Below are positions 1 to 10,766 of a DNA stretch of 64,000 bases, piece after piece. A program made the translations under genes and the position numbers. The notes under the pieces were generated by a model, which saw nothing but the letters and a program-made list of their open reading frames with translations, did no database searches and was not told where the DNA came from. The number at the start of each line of letters is the position of its first letter. The stretch's first letter is position 1. Origin of the DNA: a bacterium (GTDB lineage Bacteria; Verrucomicrobiota; Lentisphaeria; Victivallales; GWF2-38-69); assembly GCA_021781705.1 (NCBI GenBank), contig JAJXWI010000007.1, positions 325-64,324 on the forward strand, in the 5' to 3' direction.

Positions 1-3000
1 AACGGCAATGTTCTTTCTTTTGCTATAATCTTCAATCTGATCTTTATTAATTCTGCCGACTGAAAAATATTTTGATTTTTCATGTGCAAAGTAGAGACCG
101 CATACAGAAGAAACCGGTGACATTGCATAATTTTCCGTTAATTTGACCTCGATATTTCGTCGAGCGTTTAAAAGTTCAAACAGCGTAACTTTTTCCGAAT
201 GATCAGGCAGTGACGGATACCCTATTGCCGGTCTGATTCCTTCAAATCCGGAAGAATTACTCTTGCGACCTTTCCAGTATTCTTTCGATATCAAGCTATT
301 AAGGTGCTCAGAAAAAGCCTCCGCAAGTCTGTCTGCAAGAGCCTTTGCCATGATTATTCTATAGTCATCACTTTGTTTAGCAAGTTCCTCTTCCAACTCC
401 CTTATTCCTAACCCTGCCGTAGCGGTAAAAAATCCTATATAATCTGTTAATCCCGTATCGATAGGCGCAATAAAATCTGCAAGAGAGAAACAAGTATCCG
501 AATCCTGACCTTTTGTCTGCTGTCTCAGTGTATGAAAAACAGCCAGTTGCTGTTTTTTTGTTTCATTGGAATAAACAATTATATCCTCTCCACGCGAGTT
601 AGCAGGGTATATCCCAAATACGGCGTTAGCTTTTAGCTTTTTATTTTTTACCAGATATGAAAGCATTTCCCTGGCATCGTCATAGAGCTTTCTTGCTGCG
701 TTCCCATAGTTGGCATCCTCAAGAATTTGGGGGAATTTCCCCTTTAATTCCCAAACATGAAAGAAATAAGTCCAGTCAATATGGGCAATTAGCTTATCCA
801 AGGGATAATCTACCAAAACTTTAGTACCTATAAAATCAGGTTTTACAATCTGGATTTTTTTCCAGTCGGTTACAAATTTTCTTTCTCTCGCCTGACTAAA
901 AGGTAGCAGCTCTTTGCCCTGCAAAGCAGATTCATAATCTTCGGCTATTTTCTTGTACCCAGCCCTCATTTTATCAGCATAATCGGAGGAGCATTCGTTG
1001 GTAAGAGATTTTACGACATTAACAGAAACTGAGGCATCCTTCACATGAACGACGGGACCGCTATAAACAGGAGCTATTTTAACTGCAGTATGAACGGTAG
1101 ATGTAGTTGCTCCTCCCACAAGAAGCGGTATCTTCAATCCGGCCTTCTCCATTTCTTTTGCGACATGGGTCATTTCATCAAGAGAAGGAGTAATAAGTCC
1201 GCTTAAGCCTATCATGTCAACTTTCTCTTGAATGGCGGTCTTTATTATATTCTCACATGCTACCATCACTCCAAGGTCAATTATTTCATAGCTGTTACAC
1301 TTGAGGACGACATTAACGATATTTTTTCCTATATCGTGAACATCTCCTTTTACTGTAGCCATCAAAATTTTCCCGGAAGCTTTAAGAGAAAGATTGTCAA
1401 GCTTTTCTTGTTCAATTAAAGGTGTCAAATGCTCAACGGCTTTTTTCATTACTCGAGCGCTTTTTATAACCTGCGGAAGAAACATTTTTCCAGCGCCAAA
1501 CAACTCTCCAACATGTTTAATTCCGTCCATTAAAGGGCCTTCTATTATGGAGATGGGCGATGTATACTTCTTTTTTGCTTCGTCAACGTCTACTTCAATA
1601 AAATCTGTTACTCCTTTAACAACGGCGTGACTTATGCGTTCTTCTACTGAAGCATCTCTCCATATTGAATCACATTTGTGAACCCTTAATGCTGAGGAGT
1701 CTTTTTTTAGCGTTACTGCCTTTTCAATCAATTTATCAGTGGCATCAGAAGTCCGATTTAATATCACATCTTCCACGATTTTAAGCGTATCTTCAGCTAT
1801 ATCTTCATATGGAATTAACTGTCCGGCATTCACAATCCCCATGTCCATTCCTGCTTTTATAGCATGAAATAAAAATACAGAATGCAGCATCTCGCGCACC
1901 GTGTTATTCCCTCTAAAAGAAAAAGATAAATTACTTACGCCCCCGCTGATCAAACAGCCTGGGCACTCTTTTTTTATAGTTTCAACTGCTCTTATGTAGT
2001 CTGACGCATATTCATTGTGTTCTTCCATTCCTGTCGCTATGGCTAGAATTGCAGGGTCGAAAATTATGTTTTGCGGAATATATTTAAGCTCTTCGGTAAG
2101 GATTTTATATGCCCGCTTACAGATAGATACTTTTCTTTCGTAAGTATCAGCCTGTCCCTGTTCGTCAAAAGCCATTACAATTACAGCAGCACCACATTTT
2201 TGAATTTCTCTTGCCTTGTTTTTAAATTCAGATTCTCCTTCCTTAAGGCTTATGGAGTTTACTATTCCTTTTCCTTGAAGACATTTTAACCCTTCGAAAA
2301 TAACTGACCACTTGGATGAATCTATCATTATGGGGACACGGCTTATTTCCGGTTCGGACGCCACAAGGTTTAGAAATGTCTTCATTTCATGTTCCGAGTT
2401 AAGCATCGCATCATCCATATTGACATCTATCACCTGTGCGCCATTTTCTATCTGATGTCTTGCAATGGAGAGCGCCTCTTCGTATTTTTTTTCTTTTATC
2501 AAATCGGCGAATTTTTTCGATCCGGCAACATTTGTCCGTTCTCCTATATTAACGAAATTTGAATCCGGTCTGATGTCAAAAACTTCAAGGCCGCTCAAAC
2601 GGCAAAACGTTTTAGAATTTGGAATCTGCCTTGGCTTAATGCCTTCAACAGCTTGAGCGATAGCTTTTATATGGTCTGGAGTCGTGCCGCAGCAGCCACC
2701 CACAATGTTCAAAAGTCCTTCCTGGGCAAAAGCTTTTATTTTTTCTGCCATTATTTCTGGGGTCTGTTTGTATCTTCCAAATTCATCGGGCAGTCCGGCA
2801 TTGGGATGGCAGCTGACATAAGTCGAAGCATTCTCAGATAAGACCTTAATGTGAGGGTAAATCTGGTCAGGTCCAAGAGCGCAATTAAGTCCAATGCTCA
2901 AAAGCGGGGCATGAGATACAGAAACCCAGAATGCCTCAGCGGTTTGTCCCGAAAGTGTGCGTCCGCTTATATCTGCAATGGTAGCTGATATCATAAGAGG

Positions 3001-3627
3001 CAAGCTTATTTTAAGCTCTTCAAAAAGGCTCAAAACAGCATAAATAGCTGCTTTGCAGTTTAATGTATCAAAAACAGTTTCGATTAGAATCGTATCCACG
3101 CCGCCGTCTATAAGAGCCTTGGCGCTTTCTTTATACGCTCTGACAAAATCGTCAAAATAACATTCGCGATATCCGGGGTTATTGACATCAGGAGATATTG
3201 AGGCAGTTTTTCCGGTAGGCCCAAGAACCCCTGCGACAAATCTCGGTTTCAAAGGGTTTTCAGCGGTAATATCATCTGCTGCTTTTCTGGCAATTTTGGC
3301 TGAGGCATAAGCAATATCGTACACATGTTTTTCTAGCCCGTACTCTGACATAGATATTGAGGTTGTATTAAAGGAATTCGTCTCTATTATGTCCGCACCT
3401 GATTCGAGATATTTCCGGTGAATTTCTTCTATAACATCGGGTCTGGTAATGGAAAGAATGTCATTATTCCCTTTCAAAAGCTTTTTTGAGCCGCAAAACT
3501 GCACCCCTCGAAAGTCTTCTTCCGTTAAGCCATATTTTTGAATCATCGTCCCCATGGCTCCGTCAAGAACAAGAATATTTTCCGTCAATCTCTTTTCTAT
3601 AAGAACATTATCTTTTTGAACTCTCAT
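1..3627 (-). CDS. metH: Cobalamin-dependent methionine synthase; the C-terminal end runs off the left edge of the window
   Basis: Missing from the ORF track because it is open at position 1. The reverse-strand ATG at 3627 reads [41 protein letters not shown], a homocysteine S-methyltransferase domain start. Reverse translation near 1260-1370 gives [38 protein letters not shown], which carries the DxHxxG B12-binding signature. About 1200 codons are open. Confidence 0.9.
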   Translation of the reverse strand, partial: MRVQKDNVLIEKRLTENILVLDGAMGTMIQKYGLTEEDFRGVQFCGSKKLLKGNNDILSITRPDVIEEIHRKYLESGADIIETNSFNTTSISMSEYGLEKHVYDIAYASAKIARKAADDITAENPLKPRFVAGVLGPTGKTASISPDVNNPGYRECYFDDFVRAYKESAKALIDGGVDTILIETVFDTLNCKAAIYAVLSLFEELKISLPLMISATIADISGRTLSGQTAEAFWVSVSHAPLLSIGLNCALGPDQIYPHIKVLSENASTYVSCHPNAGLPDEFGRYKQTPEIMAEKIKAFAQEGLLNIVGGCCGTTPDHIKAIAQAVEGIKPRQIPNSKTFCRLSGLEVFDIRPDSNFVNIGERTNVAGSKKFADLIKEKKYEEALSIARHQIENGAQVIDVNMDDAMLNSEHEMKTFLNLVASEPEISRVPIMIDSSKWSVIFEGLKCLQGKGIVNSISLKEGESEFKNKAREIQKCGAAVIVMAFDEQGQADTYERKVSICKRAYKILTEELKYIPQNIIFDPAILAIATGMEEHNEYASDYIRAVETIKKECPGCLISGGVSNLSFSFRGNNTVREMLHSVFLFHAIKAGMDMGIVNAGQLIPYEDIAEDTLKIVEDVILNRTSDATDKLIEKAVTLKKDSSALRVHKCDSIWRDASVEERISHAVVKGVTDFIEVDVDEAKKKYTSPISIIEGPLMDGIKHVGELFGAGKMFLPQVIKSARVMKKAVEHLTPLIEQEKLDNLSLKASGKILMATVKGDVHDIGKNIVNVVLKCNSYEIIDLGVMVACENIIKTAIQEKVDMIGLSGLITPSLDEMTHVAKEMEKAGLKIPLLVGGATTSTVHTAVKIAPVYSGPVVHVKDASVSVNVVKSLTNECSSDYADKMRAGYKKIAEDYESALQGKELLPFSQARERKFVTDWKKIQIVKPDFIGTKVLVDYPLDKLIAHIDWTYFFHVWELKGKFPQILEDANYGNAARKLYDDAREMLSYLVKNKKLKANAVFGIYPANSRGEDIIVYSNETKKQQLAVFHTLRQQTKGQDSDTCFSLADFIAPIDTGLTDYIGFFTATAGLGIRELEEELAKQSDDYRIIMAKALADRLAEAFSEHLNSLISKEYWKGRKSNSSGFEGIRPAIGYPSLPDHSEKVTLFELLNARRNIEVKLTENYAMSPVSSVCGLYFAHEKSKYFSVGRINKDQIEDYSKRKNIAV

Positions 3628-3847
3628 TTACACCTCAATCTGTCAACAATATAAATAACAGGAATTTCTATTTCGCACTATACTCTAAAATATTCTCTCT
3701 TTCAAAACAATCTTAACAAAAAATGCACTAACATCTTGAATATGGAATTATTGTAGTATTTAATTTTCAACGGGACTGATGAGTTAAAGCAAATCAACTA
3801 ATAATTTTTAAGGAGAAAACTGTGAATCAAGGACCTGCAGTATTAAA

Positions 3848-4081
3848 ATGACAGTCATCACCACAATGGTTAACTGGCTCTTTGCAGGACTTTGCATGCA
3901 GTTTGCCCTTGCATTTATGGAAGCCTTCGCAGGTCCAGCATTATTTTACTTATTCTCAGCATTCTGCGTTGCCGCTATCATGTTTGTCAAATTCTTTGTC
4001 CCTGAAACAAAATGGATAACGCTTGAAGAACTCGAAGCTAATCTCAAAAGTGGTAAAAAACTGAGAGATCTCGGCAGCTAA
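3848..4081 (+). pseudogene. C-terminal remnant of an MFS sugar-porter-type transporter (last ~2 TM helices plus tail)
   Basis: The 77-aa ORF ...VNWLFAGLCMQFALAFMEAFAGPALFYLFSAFCVAAIMFVKFFVPETKWITLEELE matches the conserved sugar-porter C-terminus (PETKG-x-x-LEE type). No upstream transporter body exists. It could still be expressed as a mini-protein, since AAGGAG lies at 3811-3816. Confidence 0.5.
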
Positions 4082-4237
4082 GCACTCTCAACACAATATT
4101 ACCTTAACTCAATACTTATAAGGGAATGTATTTTTGAGTCTAAATAAAATTGTTGTTTGTTTTAATTTTACTTCCTGTAATTTATAAAAGCTACAGTAAG
4201 TTAGGGTAAGACTTATGTCATTATTTTAAAATATCAA

Positions 4238-4735
4238 ATGCTTTCTTCTGGAAAAAGCGTTACGCAAGTTCTATTGTACCACTCTTCAGTATCATTTAAG
4301 CACTATGAGAATACGCACAGGCAGATAAATATGAATAAGAATAAAGAAGGAAAATTATTCGAAAAAGAACTTGAAAGCATAAAAACAGAAAAGGATAAAA
4401 TACGGAAAATAGTTGATGCTACCGGGGCAAAAAATCCTGGAAGAATAGACAAGTTCATCAATGTCTTTTTCGTCCTTTTTGCAATCACTTTTTTTCTGTT
4501 TGAGACACTCAAGCACATCTACAAATTCCAGACGCCTTATATTTCCGTAGATACTCTGCTGATTATGGTGACATTACTTGTATGTATAAAAACACTTATA
4601 AATATTCATATTCAGGCGAAGGTGAACCATTTTCAGTTCTGGGTATTGAACTCATTAGAATTCAGGATGAATGATCTCTCTAAAAAACTAAATGATATTG
4701 AGAAGAATACTCGAAAGGAATCACCGAATGAGTAA
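4238..4735 (+). CDS. Hypothetical membrane protein (charged N-terminal half, two predicted TM helices)
   Basis: ORF-track 165 aa, with hydrophobic stretches FINVFFVLFAITFFLF and LLIMVTLLVCIKTLINI. An alternative ATG at 4331 (MNKNKEGK...) is possible. I recognise no family motif. Confidence 0.4.
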   Translation: MLSSGKSVTQVLLYHSSVSFKHYENTHRQINMNKNKEGKLFEKELESIKTEKDKIRKIVDATGAKNPGRIDKFINVFFVLFAITFFLFETLKHIYKFQTPYISVDTLLIMVTLLVCIKTLINIHIQAKVNHFQFWVLNSLEFRMNDLSKKLNDIEKNTRKESPNE

Positions 4736-5447
4736 AGTCTTAAACACATTACTTCTGTTTCTGTTATGCTCGTCCTGCCACAGCACTATTCCCCCCACAG
4801 ACAATGCTGCAGTTAACAAGGATACGCACGAAAAAGTTCTTTATTCGCTAGACTTTTCCGATACCTGTAATGTCGCCGACATAAAAAAATGGTTTAAGGA
4901 ACAAGGCTTTGAAATAAAAAGAAATCCTTCCGACCTGGATATTTACCACGATAAAGGCTCTCTGGTTTTTGATACGAAAGGACAAATTTTCTCATACATA
5001 TTAAAGTCGGATATGAATATTGCAAATGCAAAAAAGCTAAGAATAATCTGGGGGGTAAACAGTTTTCCCAAAAATGCTAGTTATGAAAACAAGATCAGAA
5101 ATGAAGCCCTGATGGTATATGTTTATTATGGGAGAAATTTTATGGACAGCGGGAGTATTTTTATTCCTAACTCACCTTACTTCTTGGGGCTCTTCCTCAG
5201 TGATAGCGACCGCACAGGAGATTATTACGAAGGGAGACACTTTAAGGCCGGTGGCAGATTTGTTTGCATTGGTAATCCTAAACTAGACGAAACCGTAGTT
5301 TCTGAATTTGATCTACAGGAAGGCTTCAAAAAAGGATTTGGAGAAGATAAGACTATTCCTTCAATATCAGGAATTGGTCTCGAAGTTGAGACCACAAAAA
5401 CAGGTAAGGCAAAAGCTTTTATCAAAAAAATAGAAATTCTCGGATGA
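4728..5447 (+). CDS. Putative lipoprotein, function unknown
   Basis: The internal ATG at 4728 gives MSKVLNTLLLFLLCSSCHS, a signal peptide with a lipobox-like LCSSC, preceded by AAGGAA. I recognise no catalytic motif. Confidence 0.5.
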   Translation: MSKVLNTLLLFLLCSSCHSTIPPTDNAAVNKDTHEKVLYSLDFSDTCNVADIKKWFKEQGFEIKRNPSDLDIYHDKGSLVFDTKGQIFSYILKSDMNIANAKKLRIIWGVNSFPKNASYENKIRNEALMVYVYYGRNFMDSGSIFIPNSPYFLGLFLSDSDRTGDYYEGRHFKAGGRFVCIGNPKLDETVVSEFDLQEGFKKGFGEDKTIPSISGIGLEVETTKTGKAKAFIKKIEILG

Positions 5448-5463
5448 TCTCTTAACACGAACT

Positions 5464-6183
5464 ATGAACCACCAATCATTTTATATTTACGGAATAAACC
5501 CTGCCTTTGAAGTTATAATGGCTGGGAGAAGAACAATTCACGAAGCTTTTATTGCAGATACGAGGAATCCTCGAATTAAGAAGCTTATGCCTCTTCTTGA
5601 AAAGAAAAATATAAAAATATCTATAGTGGACAAAGGTGAGCTGATAAATCTGACCAGAAACAAATATCATCAGGGAGTAGTCCTTTCCGTTTCTAGTTAC
5701 CCATATGTACCATTCCATACACTGTTTGACTCGAATAAACTTCTGCTTTTGGATAACATTGAAGATCCGCAAAATATGGGTGCAATTTTAAGAAGCGCTG
5801 AAGTAATGGGATTTAATTCCATAATGCTGGCAAGACGTGGAACACCTGAAATCTATGCCTCAGTAGTAAAAGTATCTGCTGGAGCAACAGAACACCTCAG
5901 AATTACACAGGATCTGAATGCCAACTCTTACGTTAAGAAAGCAAAAGAACTGGGATACACAATTATTTCATTAGATGAAAATGGAAAACATTCGTTATCA
6001 GAAATAGCGGCGGCAAAACCGCAGAAAATGATGTTGGTAGTAGGTGGCGAAGACAAATCCGTTGGACAGTTCATTCTTAACGAATCGCATTTCATTCTAG
6101 GAATAAAGCAACAAGGCAAAATCAATTCACTGAATGCCTCAGTAGCCGCCGGCGTCGGAATGTATATGCTTTCCTCTTTATAA
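5464..6183 (+). CDS. rlmB: SpoU/TrmH-family RNA 2'-O-methyltransferase (RlmB-like, 23S rRNA Gm2251)
   Basis: N-terminal YGINPAFEVIMAGRR (substrate-binding domain), LDNIEDPQNMGAILRSAEVMGF, and C-terminal knot motif SLNASVAAGVGMYML. Confidence 0.8.
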   Translation: MNHQSFYIYGINPAFEVIMAGRRTIHEAFIADTRNPRIKKLMPLLEKKNIKISIVDKGELINLTRNKYHQGVVLSVSSYPYVPFHTLFDSNKLLLLDNIEDPQNMGAILRSAEVMGFNSIMLARRGTPEIYASVVKVSAGATEHLRITQDLNANSYVKKAKELGYTIISLDENGKHSLSEIAAAKPQKMMLVVGGEDKSVGQFILNESHFILGIKQQGKINSLNASVAAGVGMYMLSSL

Positions 6184-6279
6184 CCGGAAATCTCCTGTAA
6201 TTGGTGGAAAAGTAAGAGCTGATTTCTCTGGAGATCGAGGATAGTTTTTTACATAGTCTTGGTCACGTTTTTTAATATT

Positions 6280-8301
6280 CTATTCTTTTTTAAGAATCAT
6301 ACAGGTTCTGCTTGGAAGGTATATTGTAATTCCTGTTCGTGAACCCTTGTCATTTTTTTTAGTAGAAGTTTTAAAGAGCTGTCCTTGAGCTATTCTTTCA
6401 TGCCCCCCGTATATTTTTCTATCCGAGTCAAGTAGCAACTTATAATCGCCCCTAGAAATGTCTATAAAATAATCCGAAACTGAATTAACTGGATGGAAAT
6501 TGTATATGAAGATCAGTTTGCCCCTGCTGAAAGCTATGATTTTATCATCAGAATGAGTATATTTTTTTTCGCAGAAGTGATTAATGGCCTCATTTTCAGT
6601 TATAAGTATTAGCACATCTCTGTCGAAACTGCCGAGTTGTTCAAATTTTAAAAATCCATTATCTGCCAAGCTCCACTGTCTTCTTGCGTATTTATAAGAC
6701 CAATTATTTCCTTCTCTTGGGAAATCTATCCATTCAGGATGCCCGAATTCATTTCCCATAAAATTAAGGTAGCCGCCGTTTGCTGTAGACATGGTCATTA
6801 GTCTTATCATTTTATGCAGAGCTATTCCTCTGTCTATTGTAGGGTCTGTATCTATTTTACTCATGTGCTCATACATGTTTGCGTCCATGAGCCAGAATGC
6901 CATAGTTTTACTGCCTACTATCGCCTGGTCATGGCATTCCACGTAGCTTATTGTTTTTTCATCGCTTCTGCGGTTCGTTAATTCATAGAACATGGATTCT
7001 ACATTCCAATGGTCGTCTGAAACTTTCTTGAAATAATTGAACCAGAAATCAGGGATCCCCAGAGACAGTCTGTAATCAAATCCTATCCCCCCATCAGCAA
7101 TGGGAGCGCCAAGTCCCGGCATTCCGCTGACGTCTTCAGCTATTGTAGTTGCCGCAGGTTTTACTGCATGTATGACTTTATTTGCAAGGGTTAGGTACGC
7201 AACTGCATCTTCATCAACAGATGAGTCAAAATAGCAGTCGTAGTGAGAAAAATTAGTTCCCAGGCCGTGGTCATAGTACATCATACTTGTAATGCCGTCA
7301 AATCTGTACCCGTCGATCTTATACTCATCAAGCCAAAAACGGCAATTTGATAGCAAGAAGTGAAGAACTTCAGTTTTTCCATAATTAAAGCACCTTGAAT
7401 CCCATGCATGATGTTCACCTCTTGCTCCATCATGGAAATATTGATAAGGAGTTCCATCGAATCTTGATAAACCCTCCGATTCATTTTTAACTGAATGTGA
7501 ATGAACCAAATCCATTATTACTGCTATACCCATTTCGTGCGCGTCATCAATCAAATGTTTGAGTTCTTCAGGTGTTCCAAATCTTGATGAAGCGGCAAAA
7601 AAGTTTGAAACGTGGTATCCAAAGCTACCATAATACGGGTGTTCCATCAATGCCATTATTTGCAGCGTGTTGTATCCGGCCTTCTTAATTCTAGGAAGGA
7701 TATTGATTCTGAATCCTTCATATGTACCTACTCCTTCCTTTTCCTGTCCCATACCTATGTGTGATTCATAAATCAGAGGGAACTTGAACTCAGGTTTGAA
7801 ATCAGGAATCTTCCATGTGTAATTTTCTTTTGGCGCCCAAATCTGAGCCGAGAAAATTTTTGTATGATCATCCTGGACAACGCGCCTTGCATAAGCAGGA
7901 ATACGTTCTCCGCATCCCCCGTTCCACTTTACAAAAAGCTTGTATAATTGTCCGTGATTGATTTTACTTAACGGGATTTTCAGTTCCCATATACCAGCCA
8001 TGACATTTATTTTTTTCATTGCGAATTCCGGTAGATTTTTCCATTTTGAAAAATCCCCGTACATGTAGATTTCAGAAGCATGAGGCGCCCATTCTCTCAA
8101 CACCCAGTGATCTTCTTTTTTGTGCAGTCCAAAATATTCATGACCATTTGCAAAATCAGAAATGGGGATTGTGTTCTGTGTAAGCCTGTATTCGGTGTCT
8201 TTCGCTCTCCGCTGACGTGCGTTTATGGAGTTTGCAAAATAATTCTTTATGATTTGATCATCAAGTAGTTTCGTAAGGCGTATTTTTTGAGTTGCCGTCA
8301 T
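6280..8301 (-). CDS. glgB: 1,4-alpha-glucan branching enzyme, GH13 (eukaryote-like GH13_8 architecture)
   Basis: 673 aa with GH13 catalytic regions DLVHSHS, DGYRFDGITSMMY, EDVSGMPG and YVECHDQ. The N-terminal EYFGLH...REWAP...GDFSKW is typical of the eukaryote-type branching-enzyme subfamily. Confidence 0.85.
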   Translation of the reverse strand: MTATQKIRLTKLLDDQIIKNYFANSINARQRRAKDTEYRLTQNTIPISDFANGHEYFGLHKKEDHWVLREWAPHASEIYMYGDFSKWKNLPEFAMKKINVMAGIWELKIPLSKINHGQLYKLFVKWNGGCGERIPAYARRVVQDDHTKIFSAQIWAPKENYTWKIPDFKPEFKFPLIYESHIGMGQEKEGVGTYEGFRINILPRIKKAGYNTLQIMALMEHPYYGSFGYHVSNFFAASSRFGTPEELKHLIDDAHEMGIAVIMDLVHSHSVKNESEGLSRFDGTPYQYFHDGARGEHHAWDSRCFNYGKTEVLHFLLSNCRFWLDEYKIDGYRFDGITSMMYYDHGLGTNFSHYDCYFDSSVDEDAVAYLTLANKVIHAVKPAATTIAEDVSGMPGLGAPIADGGIGFDYRLSLGIPDFWFNYFKKVSDDHWNVESMFYELTNRRSDEKTISYVECHDQAIVGSKTMAFWLMDANMYEHMSKIDTDPTIDRGIALHKMIRLMTMSTANGGYLNFMGNEFGHPEWIDFPREGNNWSYKYARRQWSLADNGFLKFEQLGSFDRDVLILITENEAINHFCEKKYTHSDDKIIAFSRGKLIFIYNFHPVNSVSDYFIDISRGDYKLLLDSDRKIYGGHERIAQGQLFKTSTKKNDKGSRTGITIYLPSRTCMILKKE

Positions 8302-8794
8302 CTTATCTCTTACTTGGACATTTTTAATGTGACTCTACTCTGCCGAGCTGTATTCAATTTCAGGCGTTCTATGATTCATATTAACAATTTGTCGGACTTT
8401 GCTCTAAAACTGCTAGACTTACAGAAAGATATACATTTTTCAGAATAAAACAAGCTAATCGATAATATATTTCGGAGAGGATGCTATTTTTGCCATTTAG
8501 CTATTCCAGAAAAATGTATGGAAGCAAAAACTTTCCGCTTTTAGAGTTAAACTTTATCTCAATGTTCTTGCCATTTAATCGCTCTGCATTTATATTGCTT
8601 TTCTCCATCATCATTTCTTCTTAAATTTGCTTGTTGTAATATGCTACATTTTTAGTAAACTGAGAAGAATTTAAATCTTATTACGATTCAGTCAAATGTC
8701 CTAGAATCGAAAAATGAGGATATAAAAACTGGTATACCTCCAGTAGAATAATAAAAATTTTTACAAAACGTGAAAAGCTCAAAGGAATTGCAAA

Positions 8795-9391
8795 ATGAAA
8801 AAACACACATTAAATATTTTTAGTCTCTTAATAGCATGCGGTCTATTTTTGCCTCACGCTAAAATGCAAGCTGCTGTCACCGATCCAATAGAGCTGGACA
8901 GCGCCATTATAGCAGACCTTGTACGGGAACATGAACGCGATTTTTTTACTCAAATGATAAAATCATTCATGGTAGAACTAGCAAAAGAAGAGCTGCATGA
9001 AAATCGTTTGGACCGGAAACTAAGTCCCCCGTGCGACTATCGCTTTAATGTAAAGCCTGATTCAATGATCTATGGGCACGGTCAAGGGAAGGTCCGGTAT
9101 GAATTAATGGATCCACTCCTCGATATGGGTTCCAAAGAGGCAATTATAAAAGATTTTTGCGAGGGATGGAATGACTGCGTCAGGTACCTAAATGGTGAAT
9201 ATTCTGAACAACAGCTCATTAAATATCAAATGGAAAGGCATCGTAGATACTTTCCTGTAGCCCTGCCTGAAAAAGTAGATGGATACGCCGCCGGAATAAA
9301 TGCGGCAGCGGACCGGAGGGGATCATTTTTTTTCTGGTTAAACCCTCAGTTTTATAATCATCCAGTGGGCATGGAGCCAGTCTTGGAATAA
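8795..9391 (+). CDS. Putative secreted protein or lipoprotein, function unknown
   Basis: Signal peptide MKKHTLNIFSLLIACGLF with a lipobox-like LIAC. No recognisable domain. Confidence 0.45.
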   Translation: MKKHTLNIFSLLIACGLFLPHAKMQAAVTDPIELDSAIIADLVREHERDFFTQMIKSFMVELAKEELHENRLDRKLSPPCDYRFNVKPDSMIYGHGQGKVRYELMDPLLDMGSKEAIIKDFCEGWNDCVRYLNGEYSEQQLIKYQMERHRRYFPVALPEKVDGYAAGINAAADRRGSFFFWLNPQFYNHPVGMEPVLE

Positions 9392-9499
9392 GAAGAATTA
9401 AAAAGAAAACTTGGGCTAACGGCAATCCTACTTTCTTTAGGAAACTTATTTTGCTTTAATAAGAAACCTGTTATATTTGAAATATTATCAAATACGAGT

Positions 9500-9576
9500 G
9501 CACCCATAGCTCAGCTGGATAGAGCGTCTGCCTCCGGAGCAGAAGGTCGTGAGTTCGAATCTCGCTGGGTGCACCA
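9500..9576 (+). tRNA. tRNA-Arg (anticodon CCG), CCA encoded
   Basis: Cloverleaf read by hand. Acceptor GCACCCA/TGGGTGC, D-arm AGCTCAGCTGGATAGAGC, anticodon stem TCTGC/GCAGA with loop CTCCGGA (anticodon CCG), T-arm GTGAGTTCGAATCTCGC, discriminator A, then CCA. Confidence 0.9.
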
Positions 9577-9760
9577 TTTATCTATCATTAATAGTTAGTA
9601 ATTTTATCTGGTTTACTATATTGTACATTGCGTACAATGTTTGTATCTCTTTTACCTCTAGAGTGTTGCGATGTGTAGTGTAAGCTCTGTTCTGGCTGTA
9701 GTAGATTTAGCAATCCCTTTGTTTATTTAAGTTATTGCTAAATGAAAGAAGTCTGAAAAC

Positions 9761-10741
9761 CTAAGCGCCGAGACGCTTTTCGGGAAGCAGATAATTTTGT
9801 ACATAATCAGACACGGCATCTTCAAGTGGTGTAACCTCTGCTCCATATCCGGCATCCCTTAGCTTGACAGTTTCGGCTTTTGTGTAATACTGATAACTCT
9901 TGCTGATACTTTCTGGCATATCGATGTAATCGATTACAGGAGTTTTGCCAAGAGCTTTGAAAACTGATTTCGCCAGATGGTTCCATGTTTCAGCACGTCC
10001 GCTTCCTATGTTATAAATTCCGTTCTTCCCCGAAGTAAGGAAATGCAGAACCATCTTGACGGCATCTTTAACGTAGATAAAATCTCTTTTTTGTTCGCCG
10101 TCCTGAAAGTCTTCACGATTGGATTTGAATAATTTTATTTTCCCTGTTTCCAGTATTTGATAGTATGCCTTGCACACAAGGCTCTTCATATCATCTTTAT
10201 GCCACTCATTAGGACCGAATACGTTAGTAAATTTAAATCCTACAACTTCATGGAGCAGATCGTTGTTTTTGATCCAGAGATCAAACATCTGTTTTGAATA
10301 TCCATACATATTCATGGGTCTCAGTTTTTCCAGCTCATTCTCATCGTCAACATATCCCATCTCGCCATTGCCGTAGGTGGCTGCGCTTGATGCGTACATA
10401 AAACGAATTTTATTCTGCAGAGCAATCTTGGCCAATTCCTTGCTGTACTCATAATTATTCCGGACAAGATAGCTGGCATTTTTTTCCATAGTGCTCGAAC
10501 AAGCGCCCAGATGAATTACAGCTTTTAAATCGTCGCCAAAGGCGTGCTTTGAAAGAAGAGGTAGAAAATTTTCTTTTTCTACATAGTCATAATATTTCAA
10601 AGGAACGAGGTTCTTCCACTTTTCTGAATTAGCAGCAAGGTTGTCAACAATAAGAATATTGTTAATACCGAGATTGTTCAGTTCCCAAACAATCGCACTG
10701 CCTATAAATCCCGCTCCGCCAGTAACGATATATTCAATCAT
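9761..10741 (-). CDS. hldD: ADP-L-glycero-D-manno-heptose 6-epimerase
   Basis: From the ATG at 10741: MIEYIVTGGAGFIGSAIVWELN..., then HLGACSST, YASSAATYG, YGYSK and KRDFIYVKD. It is collinear with E. coli HldD along its length. The longer ORF-track start at 10795 would overlap ftsH. Confidence 0.85.
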   Translation of the reverse strand: MIEYIVTGGAGFIGSAIVWELNNLGINNILIVDNLAANSEKWKNLVPLKYYDYVEKENFLPLLSKHAFGDDLKAVIHLGACSSTMEKNASYLVRNNYEYSKELAKIALQNKIRFMYASSAATYGNGEMGYVDDENELEKLRPMNMYGYSKQMFDLWIKNNDLLHEVVGFKFTNVFGPNEWHKDDMKSLVCKAYYQILETGKIKLFKSNREDFQDGEQKRDFIYVKDAVKMVLHFLTSGKNGIYNIGSGRAETWNHLAKSVFKALGKTPVIDYIDMPESISKSYQYYTKAETVKLRDAGYGAEVTPLEDAVSDYVQNYLLPEKRLGA

Positions 10742-10766
10742 ATAGCAATTCCTAAAAATCTTATCT

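Noticed and set aside
1228-2841. Five plus-strand ORFs of 62-78 aa from the track
   Set aside because: They lie antisense within the long open metH reading frame, which carries clear MetH motifs on the minus strand. They are shadow ORFs of low-complexity composition.
3628-3847. Cobalamin or SAM riboswitch upstream of metH
   Set aside because: The leader is short, very AT-rich, and lacks a B12-box-like or SAM-I-like conserved core that I can recognise by eye. An Infernal scan would be needed to be certain.
9577-9760. tRNA-Arg 3' flank as an integration hotspot
   Set aside because: I found no integrase and no direct repeat of the tRNA 3' end downstream. The 10-bp inverted repeat ATTTAGCAAT/ATTGCTAAAT (9705-9743) is more simply a terminator-like hairpin for hldD.
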